The position numbers and the translations under genes are program-made. Source: Paraspadella gotoi (Eukaryota > Animalia > Chaetognatha). From it: a stretch of DNA of 64,000 nt. The stretch is taken from NCBI GenBank assembly GCA_051294375.1, contig CM119267.1, positions 6,472,367-6,536,366 of the forward strand. Reading direction: 5' to 3'. Below are positions 10,701 through 22,676 of this stretch, piece by piece (the stretch's first letter is position 1; each line of letters starts with the position of its first letter). Below the pieces are notes generated by a model that made no database searches, was not told the DNA's origin, and saw nothing but the letters and a program-made list of their open reading frames with translations.

Positions 10701-13674
10701 TCGAGGTGTCTCGATGTTAGAGCTTGTTAAGTGGGGGGAAAGTTCGACATGGGTATTATTTATTAAGGCACGACTGTCCAACGTATCCGTAGGACATCCT
10801 TATGACTTCCGTGTGGAGAGAATTGAATTCTCTTCAAAAAGTTTTCTTTCTGACATTGAATCGTGACCAATTAACCAATGATATTTATTTCCCCCTTTTT
10901 TTCGTCAGTGATAATCATTTCTTGGAAATCGTCGTCATCGTCGTCGTCGTCGTCGTCGTCGATCCTGTCTCCGATCTTTCAGTCTCTTCTCTTCTTCTTC
11001 GCCGTCGGAATCCAAATCGTCGTCTCAGTCATGAGATTCGTCTACGCCGCCGCCCCGGCCATGAAGGTTGGTTGGTTGATTGGTTGATTAGCGGGTTCAT
11101 CGACGTGATTGACTGATCTTGCTAAGTGATGGGTAGATTGGTTAGGGAGGAGTCAATTACCAATCAGTAATTGGTCGTGGGAACGTCGGTGATTGATAAA
11201 TAATGGTTTAAATGATTGGTCGAACGATTTTTAAGTTTCGATTGTTTGATTGATAAATTGAAATATTTTGGGTGACGGATATTGTAATTTGGAAAGCATT
11301 TTTTTAAGCTTAAACAATTGAATAGTGAATTCAAATTTCTTCCTTAATTCTATAAGTAATATATTGTGGCGGTATATTCACACCGCCTCACGTCCACCAT
11401 CTTTCAGCCAAATCCATTGGCTCAGAGGGGGAACACACCATCCCAGGCGTAGTGTTCCATCCACAGTCCTAATGACTTCCCTCTGCGTTGGCAAAGCGAG
11501 ACCGTCCTAGGGTAACCGCGCCAGTGACTGGAGGCGTCACTGAGGGTCGGAAGCCCCCAAAGCCAACAGTGAGATGCCCCATCCCAATGGGCATCACAGG
11601 CAACCCGGCTGTTGCCATAATATCATGATTTAAAATAAAATTTTGACTCAATTGATTACCTCGATCTTTTTTTTTTCACCAGGATCGATTGTGGAGTTGG
11701 CATCCGTCGTCTTCGTCGTCCACTTGTCGATTCGACTTCACGGAATTCGCGACGGCTCACGCTTACGTGATGCTCTTGGTTCTGCTCTGTTTTGTTCTCT
11801 CTCTCTATGCGTTTAGAATAGGTGAGTATTGAGAAAAAGAAAGGAAAAGAAAAGAAAAGAAAAGAAAAGAAAAGAAAAGAAAAGAAAAGAAAAGAAAAGA
11901 AAAGAAAAGAAAAGAAAAGACACATCTCAATTTTCACAATATGACGCCCGCCCTTTTCCCCAGAATACAACTACCGCGAATCGGCCTTCATCGCGGCCAC
12001 ATCCGGCCTCAGCGTGGCCGTCTGGGCTGCGTTGGTGGGCGGAGGATTCGCCACCGACAGCCCGCTCGTCCGCGAGGCTTTGATGGGCTACGCGCTGCTG
12101 ACGGAAGGGCTGCTGTTGCTGGGCATCATGGTTCTGCCGAAACTGTGTCGATTGTCGACGCTGCTGTCGTCGGCGCGGCGGCGCCGACGGAAGCGACACG
12201 AGGCGGCGACGGCTGCCGCTGCTGCGGCGGAGAGATTCGACGACGAACTTCCGTCCATTTACGGTCGAATTTCCGGCAGAGGAGCGGAGAGAACCACGTC
12301 GCTGTCCCACGCCGGTGAGGGAAATTGAAATTGAAATAGAAATAAGAATATAAATCCAATTCGGAAGGCAAGATGACATATATGTACTAATTTAAATATA
12401 TATACGAATTAGCGATTTTTAATTTGGTCGTGTCAATTTCATAATTAGCATGTTTTAACCATTTATCATTGCTCAGTGCTCAGCCTTTTCCCTCTTTTTC
12501 TCCCTTCCTCCCCCAACAGCCTACCATCATCCCAACTCCCTCTACGACGCCGTCCTCATTCCCCCAATCCCCTCCTCTTCCTCCTCCTCCCACCACTCCC
12601 TCCATTTCAAAACCCCCTCCCTCCCCCACCTCCTTCCCCGCACGGCGCCGCGATGGGCGTCTCTCGGCGCCGGATTTCCGCGACATCGCACCAACGCTTC
12701 GTCGGCGGCGTCAGACGCGCCGGAGCCGCGGTCCTCGTCGCGGCAGCAGCTCGTGGAGGAGGGCGAGTTCGAGATTCCCAGATCGGGTGAGGAATCGGGA
12801 AGCGGGAAAGGTTGGGGTGGGATTAACTTGCGATTGGTAAGAGGGGGAAAAAAGGAATGTTTTATAAAAATGACAAAAATAGATTATAAATAGAAAAGTG
12901 TGGGGGACAGGCCGGCAACTGGTTCAATTGTAATTTTGTTATGTGGCGAATTTTGTTTTCTTGGTTTGAAATATATGAATTGACTTGACTTTCTATAGGA
13001 CTTGATATGAATCGACTTGTCTTGACTTTTTATATACTTGATGTGACTTGACTTGACCTGTCTTGCTATAGACCCGACGAGATCGATAACAACACAAGTC
13101 ATAAAATTAAATTTACAATTGAATCTGTGAACAAAGTTGGAAATGTTAAAATTATGACGGAGTTTTTAAGTCCTTCCTCCAAAGTCGGCTTCAAATTTAG
13201 TCCAGACATATTTAAGCCTCACACGCTATGTTTTTTTTTAATCGCCCTCTATTTTATGTGGTTTGTCGTTCGTTTTGTGGTCTCTTCTGTGGATTACTAT
13301 TAATTAGATATAAGTTTTTAATTATTGTCTCTCATCGATGATTCATTGACTCATCAATGATCTCGTTTGCTTCTTTTAATTTTCGTTGTCTTTAAAATAA
13401 TTGTAATCATTAGACTCGTTGTCTGATTTTTATTGAAATTGAAACATTTAGTGTCTTTTTTTTCTCTCTTTCTTTTTTTGAGTTGAATTAAATGAGTTTT
13501 TTTTTTTTTTTTGATGAGTCCAATTTCTGATGACCGACGCCAAAGCGATGATTCATTCGAAAAAATGATTCAACTTTTGTATTCAGAACAAAAAAAAACA
13601 GATTATCACATCCTGAGGGGAAGAGATTTTAATCGTTTTTTTGAATCCGCGTTATCTGTACATCATTGAATAGC

Positions 13675-13760
<86 letters not shown>

Positions 13761-13769
13761 CTCTCTCTA

Positions 13770-13816
<47 letters not shown>

Positions 13817-14103
13817 GGTTTTAGTTTGGGTCAGTCGAGTGAAAAATTTATATCTCGTTCGTTCGTTCGTTCTTTCTTTCTTTTCTTCTTTCTTTCTTTC
13901 TTTCTTTTTTCTTTCTTTCTTTCTTTCTTTCTTTCATTCTCTCTCTCTTTCATTCTTTCCCATTTCTCGATGTGAGATCTCATTTCCATTTACTCAACCA
14001 AGAAATCGTTCCACTCTTATAGTTCCATTCCATCGTCTAAATTACGATCAAAGATATCGATTCATAATCTCTAGTCGATCTCCTTTTCTTTATCTCTCTC
14101 TTC

Positions 14104-14155
<52 letters not shown>

Positions 14156-14163
14156 TTCTCTCG

Positions 14164-14239
<76 letters not shown>

Positions 14240-17200
14240 CTCTCTCTCCCTCTCTCCCCCCGTCGTTCTTTATTCATTTCTCCTTAACCGATTTTTTTTT
14301 TCCTGTTCCTCAAACACTTTTTTAATGGAATAATCTAAGGAGCAAATAGGGCTCTTCACTCCTTTTCGCCGCCTCTCGCCTTATTTTCGCGTGCTTTTCA
14401 CTTTCTCTGCAGGAACGGTCTCGGCCTTAACAACCTTCTAAAAAAAAGTACAGTCTGTTCAGTTCGAAACGTTATTAAAGACTAAAATGTGATAAACGAG
14501 AATGAACGACCTCCAGAGAGATTGCAGTAAACGGGGAAGAAGTACGTTCACAGATAAAAAAAAACAAAGCATCATCATTGAATCTGAAACTACGTTAAAC
14601 TTTAATACCCTGATACGGAGAAAGAGCTTTTTTTGCTTTAAAGTTTAAACCGCTCCCCCTGTCTCACAATGCGCAAAGTCGCGCGCGAAGAAAGGAGTCG
14701 ATTGTTTGCTTTAATCCCAGAGTCGCCTCTCCAGTTCCTCCTCCTCCTCCTCCTCCTCCTGTTCCCTCTCTCTCTCCTCCAGGGGATGTTTGCGGATCGT
14801 TAGGGAAAAAATGCGCCCACTTATGGGTGGCATAAAAAGAGCAGAAGTAAAAAAAAAAAAAAAAAAAATAGAAAAATCGATAAGGACGATCAAGTCGGGA
14901 AATTTTTACGAGGGGAAATTCCTTTAAAACTTTTGATAAAACTCATTGAAACGATGGAGTCACTGCCTAAACTGAGAACCGACGGTCTATTATTTTAGGG
15001 ATTAATTTAACGTACTAACTTATATTGTATATCATTAATGCGAATTCGCGATAATCATAAATAGCTGGCCATGAAAAATGATCCTGTCAAAAAGATCGAA
15101 GGTCTTTTAATAAAACCGCACTGATTCACGCGAAAAAAAAAGGGTTATTTATTAATTGTATATGTTGTAAAATGTATTGTACATTAGACATCCCCAGTAT
15201 AAAAAAATCGTCTCCAAAGTTCTCACTCGGGTCGGTTTCCCGTTATTTATAAACTTTAAATAGGTTTTAACTCAAATCTGGAAAAAAAATGTTACCGCGT
15301 ATCAACCCAATGAAGCGTCAAAGTCAATTGGCGCAAAACTCGTGTTGTGAAATTTTTTTTCCCCATAAAATCTAATGATTTTTCCCTTTTGCTAATTTTT
15401 TACTAAAAAAGTGGCTTGTAACTCTTCAAAACTAAGGTAACTATTTATAGAGTTTATTTTGTAAAACAGGACATCTGTGTCAACCGGAAGTAAGGTCCAA
15501 ATAACCGGAAGTAAGTCCAAAAAAACCGGAAGTAGTGTTAAAATAACCTTTAATAAAATAAACGAATAAAAATGATAAAATTTTGGACAAAGGCAATTGA
15601 AAGAAGTGAATATGACTGCAACTCAGGGAGTAGGGAGATACAGTACAATAAATATTATGCAAGGTAAAAGAGAGAGAGAGAGAGACAAAGGGAGAGAGAG
15701 AAAAAGCGAGCGATATAGTTTGTCAACAAAGAGCTGGAAAAGGACAGTTGCTAGAGGTGAAAACAGCTTAAGTTAAGGACAGGAAAAATGGAGAGAAAGT
15801 GAAGGAAAATGAAATAAAGTCATTTAAAATGTAAGCGAAAAATATTTGGATATTTTTAAATTGAATAATGTATAACAATAATAAATTTAATGACTAAAAT
15901 TAAATTATCAATTTAAAAATCTAAAATATTGGAAATGAAACTATGAAATAGTGAAACAGATAGAGAGGATACAATAAGTGAAAAGAAAGTAAAAATTTAA
16001 GATACAAAAAGAGCTCAAAATATAGCTGCCCCCTCGTAGGATAATGGAAAGGCATTGCCGGTTTGGATGAGTCATTGACTGTGAGGAAAGTGATATCTAG
16101 TTGGTTCTGTTTGGATCAGGGAGAAATCCTTTGGGGAAAATGTCTACTCAAATGTCCATTGAGCCTGCTCTACCTGAGAAGAGCCCTCTTCTTACCTGAT
16201 GTTACTTCAGCAGAGGTTGACCTTAATTCACACCACTTAAAGATCTCTCCTTTTTCAGTTCTTTTTGCCATTCTCTCTCTCTCTCTCTCCTCTAAAGAAA
16301 GCCAGAAGCAAATTCGAGTGAGAAGAAATATTTATCTTGCCCTGTTTTTGACGCCGGTCATTTTGGAACACTATTTTTGTAATTTTGTAACAGGATTTTT
16401 AGTTATTTTCGAATCACTTCTGGTTTAACTTTTCTCCTCTGAAAACCGTATTTTTTACAACTTAATATTGCCATGATTTTTTATCATGTTTGGACCATTT
16501 AGGGAATTCAACTTGTTCTTAAAGTTCTTATAGTCAGTCTTGTCAAAACCTCTATTTGGACCGGCGAACACACTAAAACGCCCAGGCACGCAAAGCATGG
16601 AGACTCAACTTTTTTAATGATTAAAAAAAGTTAGAGTATCAAGGTCCTTCGGCATCGTCCCTCCCTCACGCCACGATTAAACGATTTTGTTTTATTATTG
16701 TAAAACAGACCTGTTTTGGCTTTATTTCAAGCCTTCAACAGCGTTAATGTGAATTTGGAACATATTTTGTGTATTAACTCATCTCTCAAAATCTATCCTT
16801 TCAAATTTCTATTTCACTCTCACTAATTATTTAGTAGATTAATTGTTAAATTTCACTAATATCTATCAGTTTAAAACTTTATTATTATGATTATTGTTAT
16901 ACATTGCACAATGTAAAGATTTTTTCACTGTTTCTCTCTCTCTCTCTCTCTTTTTCACCATTTCACTTCTTTTCACAACTTACTCTGTCTGTCCTCTGTG
17001 TTGGAAACTTTGCCCTCTCTCTCTCTGTGTTTATATCTCTTTCTCTCTTCCTTTAGTAAAGGCTTTACACAAAACATTTTCTAAATTCACATTAACGTTA
17101 ATGAAGGCTTGAAATAAAGCCGAAACATGTCTGTTTTACAATAATAAAACAAAATCGTTGTCAAATCCAAATTCAAACTTTCTGTAAAATCGCATTTAAA

Positions 17201-18791
17201 ATTATGTTTAATTTTCAAAGTCAGGGTTTGAATATATTTTGAACCTGAGCTAAATTTCAGCTTATGCCACATATAATACAATGAAAATGATAACCTTATT
17301 CTCATTAACTGAAAGCAAAAAAAAAGCTTAACTGATTAAGGTATTTAAAAACGTTAATAGGCACAAGATACCCTTTTGAGAATCAGTTTTATATCTGCTA
17401 AGAAAAAAATACAAATAAACTTTTTAGATCATTTTTTACAAACCTTCAACTTCTTCTTATGAGCTAAATTTTATATTCTTTTTAAAACTAAAGCTATAGT
17501 TACAAATCCATCAGCTTTATTAAATTCTAAACATGAACAGATATATTTTTTTTAAAAAGAAATTAGTTACTTGAATTTTTTTTTAATTTATAAAAAAGGA
17601 TTAAAAACCTTGTATTTAGTATTATAGTTTTTTAAAGGGCTTTTTTGGGGTTAACTTCATTATTTTTAATGTTAATTTTAATTTAATTTTAAATTTAAAA
17701 TGTAAAACTAGGAATTTTAAAATTTGATGCTAACAAATTGGATACCGCCCGGACTTATTTATATACTCGCTTTCCTCGGCAAAAATAAAAATCATTTGCA
17801 TAATGACTTTAAAAACAGTTTTTTTGAGCTCTTCGAATGCTACTATAAATATTTTTTGGTAAACATTACATTAATTTAGGTGAGGTTCAATTATTTTGTG
17901 GTATTTGGAAATTAGATCTTACTGTAACTTTGAGTTGCATTTAAAATCAAATTTCATCAAAATTATATCAATCAAAACACTTAAATAGGCGGAAAAACCA
18001 TACTTCCGGCTAGGGCCACGCCCTATAATAACAATATATTTTTTCAATTTAGTAAAACAAAACATAGAGGAATAAGCTACTGGTGTATTCAACTAATAAT
18101 GGCTGAAAATCTTTTATATTATGGAATATTAAAACTTTATTTAAAAGATTATTATCATTTTACATCAAATTTTTTTTGCATCAGAGTACTTGTTCCACTT
18201 TGACGCATCGATTGGGTTTATTAGCAAAAACATTTTTAACTTAAACAGACCTTTTAAAATGTATTTAAGAATAAGAAATAATGGGAAACCGGACCGAGTG
18301 AGAACTTAGTATGGGGTTTTACGAGGCTGGGGAACTCTATTGTACATAGTATACAGTTCACGGTCTAGTTCGTACGCTCAACCAAATTTCATTCTCCCTC
18401 ACTAGATTCCATAGAGATCCGCGACGACGACTATTCGGCGCCCATTCTTCGGAGAACGACGCCGCTGCGATCGGCGGCGCCCTTTGCTCCCGCGGCGTCG
18501 CCCGTTGTCGGCGACGGTGACGAGTCGTTTCGATTAGCGAGAGAAGCGGCGCTCTATCCGCGGTTGTCGAGACAGGTAAGGGCGTGGACGATGGGAAAGG
18601 ATCCATCGATTAAATCAATTTAATGAATCAATCTATCTGATGTATCAATATCTCAATCAAATCGATCAATTAATTAATTTTTTTTAAAAGGTGGATGACG
18701 ACTCCGAACTCTCTTTCTCCCCCTCGATGCTTCGTCCTTCATCTTTGCGTCCGCACCGAACAGGCGTGAGAGGTGATTATATATATATCTA

Positions 18792-18890
<99 letters not shown>

Positions 18891-19514
18891 ACTCTCTCTC
18901 TCCCCTTCTCTCTTTCATACAAAGGGATATCTGTTTTATTGCAAGATGATTTAAATTATTTTTTTGAAAATACAATACTTGTTAAAACCGTCTTGGCTGT
19001 ATCTGATTTTCCTTCCAAACATATGATTCATATCATATATATTATATAGAGGCTGTATGTATTCATGCAGTCTGCATGATTTTAATTTTCTTTTTGACAA
19101 CCGAATTTCGTATTTTTTTAATGCTTGCCGCTCGGATGATCTTTTTCCCCCCCATGTCACGTTATCTTTACTGCTATGTCACGTGATCTTAACCGCTATG
19201 TCACGTGATCATTACTGCTATGTCACGTGATCTTTTCCTCTTTGTCACATAATCTTTTCATCCGTTTCGTCCCGTGAACTTTAGCGACGCGCCACATTTA
19301 TCCTACTTTGCCGATTATGTCGTCGTTGTCGTCGTCGTCGTTCGCCATCTTTTCTCGTCCTCTTCCGACGATTCCGTCCGTGCCTTCTTTGAATTCCTTG
19401 ACCGACGCCGGGGCTGGCGGCGGCGTCGATCCGCACGTCGCCGGGCCAGACGGAGGCGGCGCCGGTGGGGAAGATTCGGTGCGACCCACGGCGCCGTCGC
19501 TGAACAGCCTCTGA
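4746..19514 (+). CDS. Class C GPCR, metabotropic glutamate receptor-like (Venus flytrap + 7TM), 15 coding exons
   Basis: GT-AG exons joined by hand in consistent phase: 4746-5044, 5427-5565, 5896-6093, 6779-7067, 7499-7799, 9367-9689, 9859-10083, 10329-10647, 10909-11066, 11683-11821, 11964-12314, 12520-12786, 18406-18575, 18691-18772, 19285-19514. Signal peptide, then mGluR-type motifs DVYIGGVFAVHE, QRLEAFLWAVE, FGAIAIDSC, FPNVYRMMPSDNEQA, WNYVHIVST, NPWFGEFWEQ, LCRGVGGALCP, hydrophobic TM segments and YNYRESAFI. Two apparent 1-nt frameshifts in exon 5. Confidence 0.85.
5583..5790. repeat. ~21-bp minisatellite (GAAATGGCATTATGACTTAC-like) in GPCR intron 2
   Basis: About 9 diverged adjacent units, no unique spacers. 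Confidence 0.85.
7872..8468 (-). mobile_element. Putative solo LTR in GPCR intron 5
   Basis: TGTT...AACA ends. On the minus strand, repeated CCAAT-box units precede TATATAAAA (~8209-8217), with AATAAA (~7946-7951) downstream. No target-site duplication found. Confidence 0.35.
8769..8805 (-). ncRNA. Minimal type I hammerhead ribozyme motif (Penelope-like)
   Basis: Minus strand reads CTGATGA-A-GACTC-gaaacata-GAGTC-GAAA-CAT-GTC: intact core, 5-bp stem II, palindromic ACATGT stem III. Stem I is not paired. Confidence 0.7.
11365..11619 (+). mobile_element. 255-bp LTR-like element with 4-bp TSD carrying a twister ribozyme (copy 1)
   Basis: Starts TGTGGC, ends GCCATA, flanked by ATAT (11361-11364 and 11620-11623). 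Near-identical inverted copy at 55711-55949. Confidence 0.9.
11487..11567 (+). ncRNA. Twister ribozyme, type P5 permutation (copy 1)
   Basis: GTTGGC(P5)-AAA-GCGA(P2)-GA-CCG(T1)-TCCTAGGG(P1)-TAA-CCGC(P2)-GC(T2)-CAGTGAC/GTCACTG(P3)-A-GGG(P4)-T-CGG(T1)-AA-GC(T2)-CCC(P4)-CAAA-GCCAAC(P5). Predicted cleavage between T11513 and A11514. Confidence 0.82.
11843..11920. repeat. (GAAAA)n microsatellite
   Basis: Pure pentamer run read directly. Confidence 0.95.
13676..14256. repeat. Cluster of (CT)n and (TTTC)n microsatellites
   Basis: Read directly. Similar CT tracts at 315-408, 2652-2691, 3849-3875 and 4149-4205. Confidence 0.95.
15178..18346. mobile_element. Degenerate ~3.2-kb non-autonomous element with long terminal inverted repeats, in GPCR intron 12
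   Basis: 15178-15325 (TGTACATTAGACATCCCCAG...AAGTTCTCACTCGGGTCGGTTTCCCGTTATTT...ACCCAATGAAGCGTCAAAGT) is the diverged reverse complement of ~18197-18346. No transposase ORF seen. Confidence 0.65.
16680..17159. repeat. ~78-bp inverted repeat pair, each arm a degenerate hammerhead motif
   Basis: 16680-16757 is the reverse complement of 17083-17159. The + arm reads AACG-TTAATGA-A-GGCTT..AAGCC-GAAA-CAT-GTC-TGTT; the - arm reads AACG-CTGTTGA-A-GGCTT..AAGCC-AAAA-CAG-GTC-TGTT. Confidence 0.75.
18786..18890. repeat. (ATCT)n microsatellite
   Basis: Read directly. Confidence 0.95.
19154..19234. repeat. 22-bp tandem repeat containing GTCACGTGAT
   Basis: About four units of ATGTCACGTGATCTTTACTGCT-like sequence. 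Confidence 0.9.
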
Positions 19515-21174
19515 CGGTCGTCTTTTTATTTTTCGTAATAAACGTGAACGTCGTCGGCGTCGTATTCTTTCTCGTCTCAAACTCAACGTTAGTCTTTTGT
19601 TTATTTTTTTTTTCAAAATATCCGCACTTTTGAAGTTGTTCGCTGTTGTTCAAAGTTTTGTTCTTTTCGTGAGCACCTTGGATCGATTCTCATAAGGTCT
19701 TTTTCGCTGACGTCCGGGATATTTTTGTCTGCTACCGCTGGCAATTTTTTTTTTTCGAACATGTCCCTGAATCCAGACATTCTCTCTTTTCTTTCTCTTT
19801 TTTTTTTTTTTTTTTTAAACTTTTTCGGCCCTAATTTCTCTCTTCAATCATTTTGTTTTTTTTATTCATTCCTATTTTTTCCCTTTCTTTTCTTATTATT
19901 CTTTTATCCATCGCATATGTTATCATTACACTCATCGCTTCAATACCACATTCATTATCGCAAAAATCATAAAATTTAAAATCGGATAAAATTTAATTCT
20001 CAAATTTATCCCTCGCTATCTTTTCCGTTGGTTGTCATCTGAGACGATTTGCATGACAGATCAAAATAAGAGATCTCAAAAACGGAAAAAGCCAGGAATT
20101 GCATGATCAATTGTCTTATGTCCAAAAATATTCACTTGAACTTTCTCGGAATATATTTAAAATGTTTAAGATGTTAAGAAATCAGAATTAATGCACTTTT
20201 AACAACTGAATCGTATATCGACGCAACCATGATTAGATTTACGACAACTATCTAAACCAATGTCTAATTAAATAAAACAAATTTTAATTTCGATTTATGA
20301 TTTGGCACTTTAATGTAAATCGCATTTTCAGTTTACAAACTGTCTTTTTTTCCTCGACTTTTGTCATTTTAAATTATTACAATTTGTCGTTACAGAAGAA
20401 CATCGTCCATTACCTCTCTGACGACCGCCGATTATTCCTCCGTCTACGCCAATAAACCGCCATCTACGTCAAATTCGTCGCCATCTACGTCATCATCTAC
20501 GTCATCGTCCCTTTCCCCCCGGGCTCAACGTCACTTAAATAGTCGCCGTTGATTAAGTGTCGTCCAAAAACTGCGATACCGTCATTCGCATAATTTGATC
20601 TCTCAGCGACATTAAACGAAAATGTGATTCCGCGAAAACATTCTTACTTTATTGTGATGTGTATATATATATTCTGTTTCGATTGGTGATTATGATGAGC
20701 TTTTTTGCATCCAGTTCTAAATTTAGAAACTTTTTTATATTGCGTTTCTTCATCGTAATATAAAATGTTTAGGATTGAATTATGCGTGAATTTAAACTTA
20801 ATTTTCTGAGCTTAGTCCCGCACGAGCAGAGGCCAAACTTTTTTTTTTGACAAGCATTACAATGTTTTTTCTTTGACCGCGTGTTGACCTTATTTTTTGT
20901 TCGCATCGCATTCCTTTCAATTCAATGAGAATAAAATTGCTGCTTTAAAACTTTACGCTTTTAATTTTTTTTATCTTCTCGTTAATTTTAAAGCTATTTT
21001 GGTTTATATTGTACGTTAAAAAATTCTGACAGAAGGCTAAAGCTAGAAATAATGTCAAATTACGTGATTACACACAAAAAATAACAATTTCAAAAAAGAA
21101 AACGATAATTTCAAGGTGAATTTAACTAAAAAAAATATATATTTATATTTGATTTTTATTAATTTAACCGAAAC

Positions 21175-22676
21175 TTTCCCGCTCTCGGCAATCACGAGTC
21201 CTACCCGGCCAGCTCCTTTCCTCCACGCGACTACGACGGGCGTCATTCCATGTCGTGGCTTTACGACAGAGTGGAGACCAGCTGGAGTCAGCTTTACGAC
21301 AGAGTGGAGACCAGCTGGAGTCAGCGTCTCCCGTCGGTTGCGAATTCTTCTAAAACCTTCAGGCGCGGCGCATTTTATTCGACGCCGGTTGTCAAGGGAC
21401 TCCGGGTCGTCTCCATCAACACAAATTACGGCTTCATAAAGAACTGGTGGCTGCNNNNNNNNNNNNNNNNNNNNNNNNNNNNNNNNNNNNNNNNNNNNNN
21501 NNNNNNNNNNNNNNNNNNNNNNNNNNNNNNNNNNNNNNNNNNNNNNNNNNNNNNNNNNNNNNNNNNNNNNNNNNNNNNNNNNNNNNNNNNNNNNNNNNNN
21601 NNNNNNNNNNNNNNNNNNNNNNNNNNNNNNNNNNNNNNNNNNNNNNNNNNNNNNNNNNNNNNNNNNNNNNNNNNNNNNNNNNNNNNNNNNNNNNNNNNNN
21701 NNNNNNNNNNNNNNNNNNNNNNNNNNNNNNNNNNNNNNNNNNNNNNNNNNNNNNNNNNNNNNNNNNNNNNNNNNNNNNNNNNNNNNNNNNNNNNNNNNNN
21801 NNNNNNNNNNNNNNNNNNNNNNNNNNNNNNNNNNNNNNNNNNNNNNNNNNNNNNNNNNNNNNNNNNNNNNNNNNNNNNNNNNNNNNNNNNNNNNNNNNNN
21901 NNNNNNNNNNNNNNNNNNNNNNNNNNNNNNNNNNNNNNNNNNNNNNNNNNNNNNNNNNNNNNNNNNNNNNNNNNNNNNNNNNNNNNNNNNNNNNNNNNNN
22001 NNNNNNNNNNNNNNNNNNNNNNNNNNNNNNNNNNNNNNNNNNNNNNNNNNNNNNNNNNNNNNNNNNNNNNNNNNNNNNNNNNNNNNNNNNNNNNNNNNNN
22101 NNNNNNNNNNNNNNNNNNNNNNNNNNNNNNNNNNNNNNNNNNNNNNNNNNNNNNNNNNNNNNNNNNNNNNNNNNNNNNNNNNNNNNNNNNNNNNNNNNNN
22201 NNNNNNNNNNNNNNNNNNNNNNNNNNNNNNNNNNNAAGTACGCTATAACTGATTTTGCAACTATTACACTCATAGACTTATTCATATGCACTATGCAGCT
22301 ATGCTGCTTCGTTTTTGTTTTAAAACGAAATATTCTTTAGGTTCTCGAGTCGACGACTTACTTTCTCAACCTCACCCTCGCCAACGCGAAATGGCGCGCC
22401 GTCTGGGAATCCGAGTACGCGGCGACGACGGCGTTCAAGGTCTTCTCGTTGCGGCCGCTCGACTGGGACGCCATTCTCCGGCGGATGAGCCACAACGACG
22501 AGACATTTGGCAAATTCGTCCGCTTTTTTATGCGAACCGGGAAGAGCCCGTTTAACAAGATCGAATCGCTTTTCCGGATGGTGACGAGCGACAGTTACGA
22601 ACCGGGGCTTTGCCGGAAGATCTTGCCGGAACTGGGCACTGTGGGCAGTGTTGGCAGGCGAATCGAAAATTATTGA
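21175..22676 (+). CDS. Acid sphingomyelinase (sphingomyelin phosphodiesterase) family, C-terminal half only, gapped
   Basis: 21175-21454 gives FPALGNHESYPASSFPP..SWLYD..RRGAFYSTPVVKGLRVVSINTNY..NWWL. After the N-gap, 22341-22676 gives VLESTTYFLNLTLAN..WESEYAA..SLRPLDWDAILRRM. No 5' exons recognised, so it may be a pseudogene. Confidence 0.8.

Noticed and set aside
11365-11480. Hairpin-ribozyme-like words (GGTATATT, ACAGTCCT) and hammerhead-like CTAATGA in the 5' half of the twister element
   Set aside because: No loop-A partner strand or GAAA/stem arrangement could be built, the invariant G of CUGA is absent, and ACAGTCC is not conserved in copy 2.
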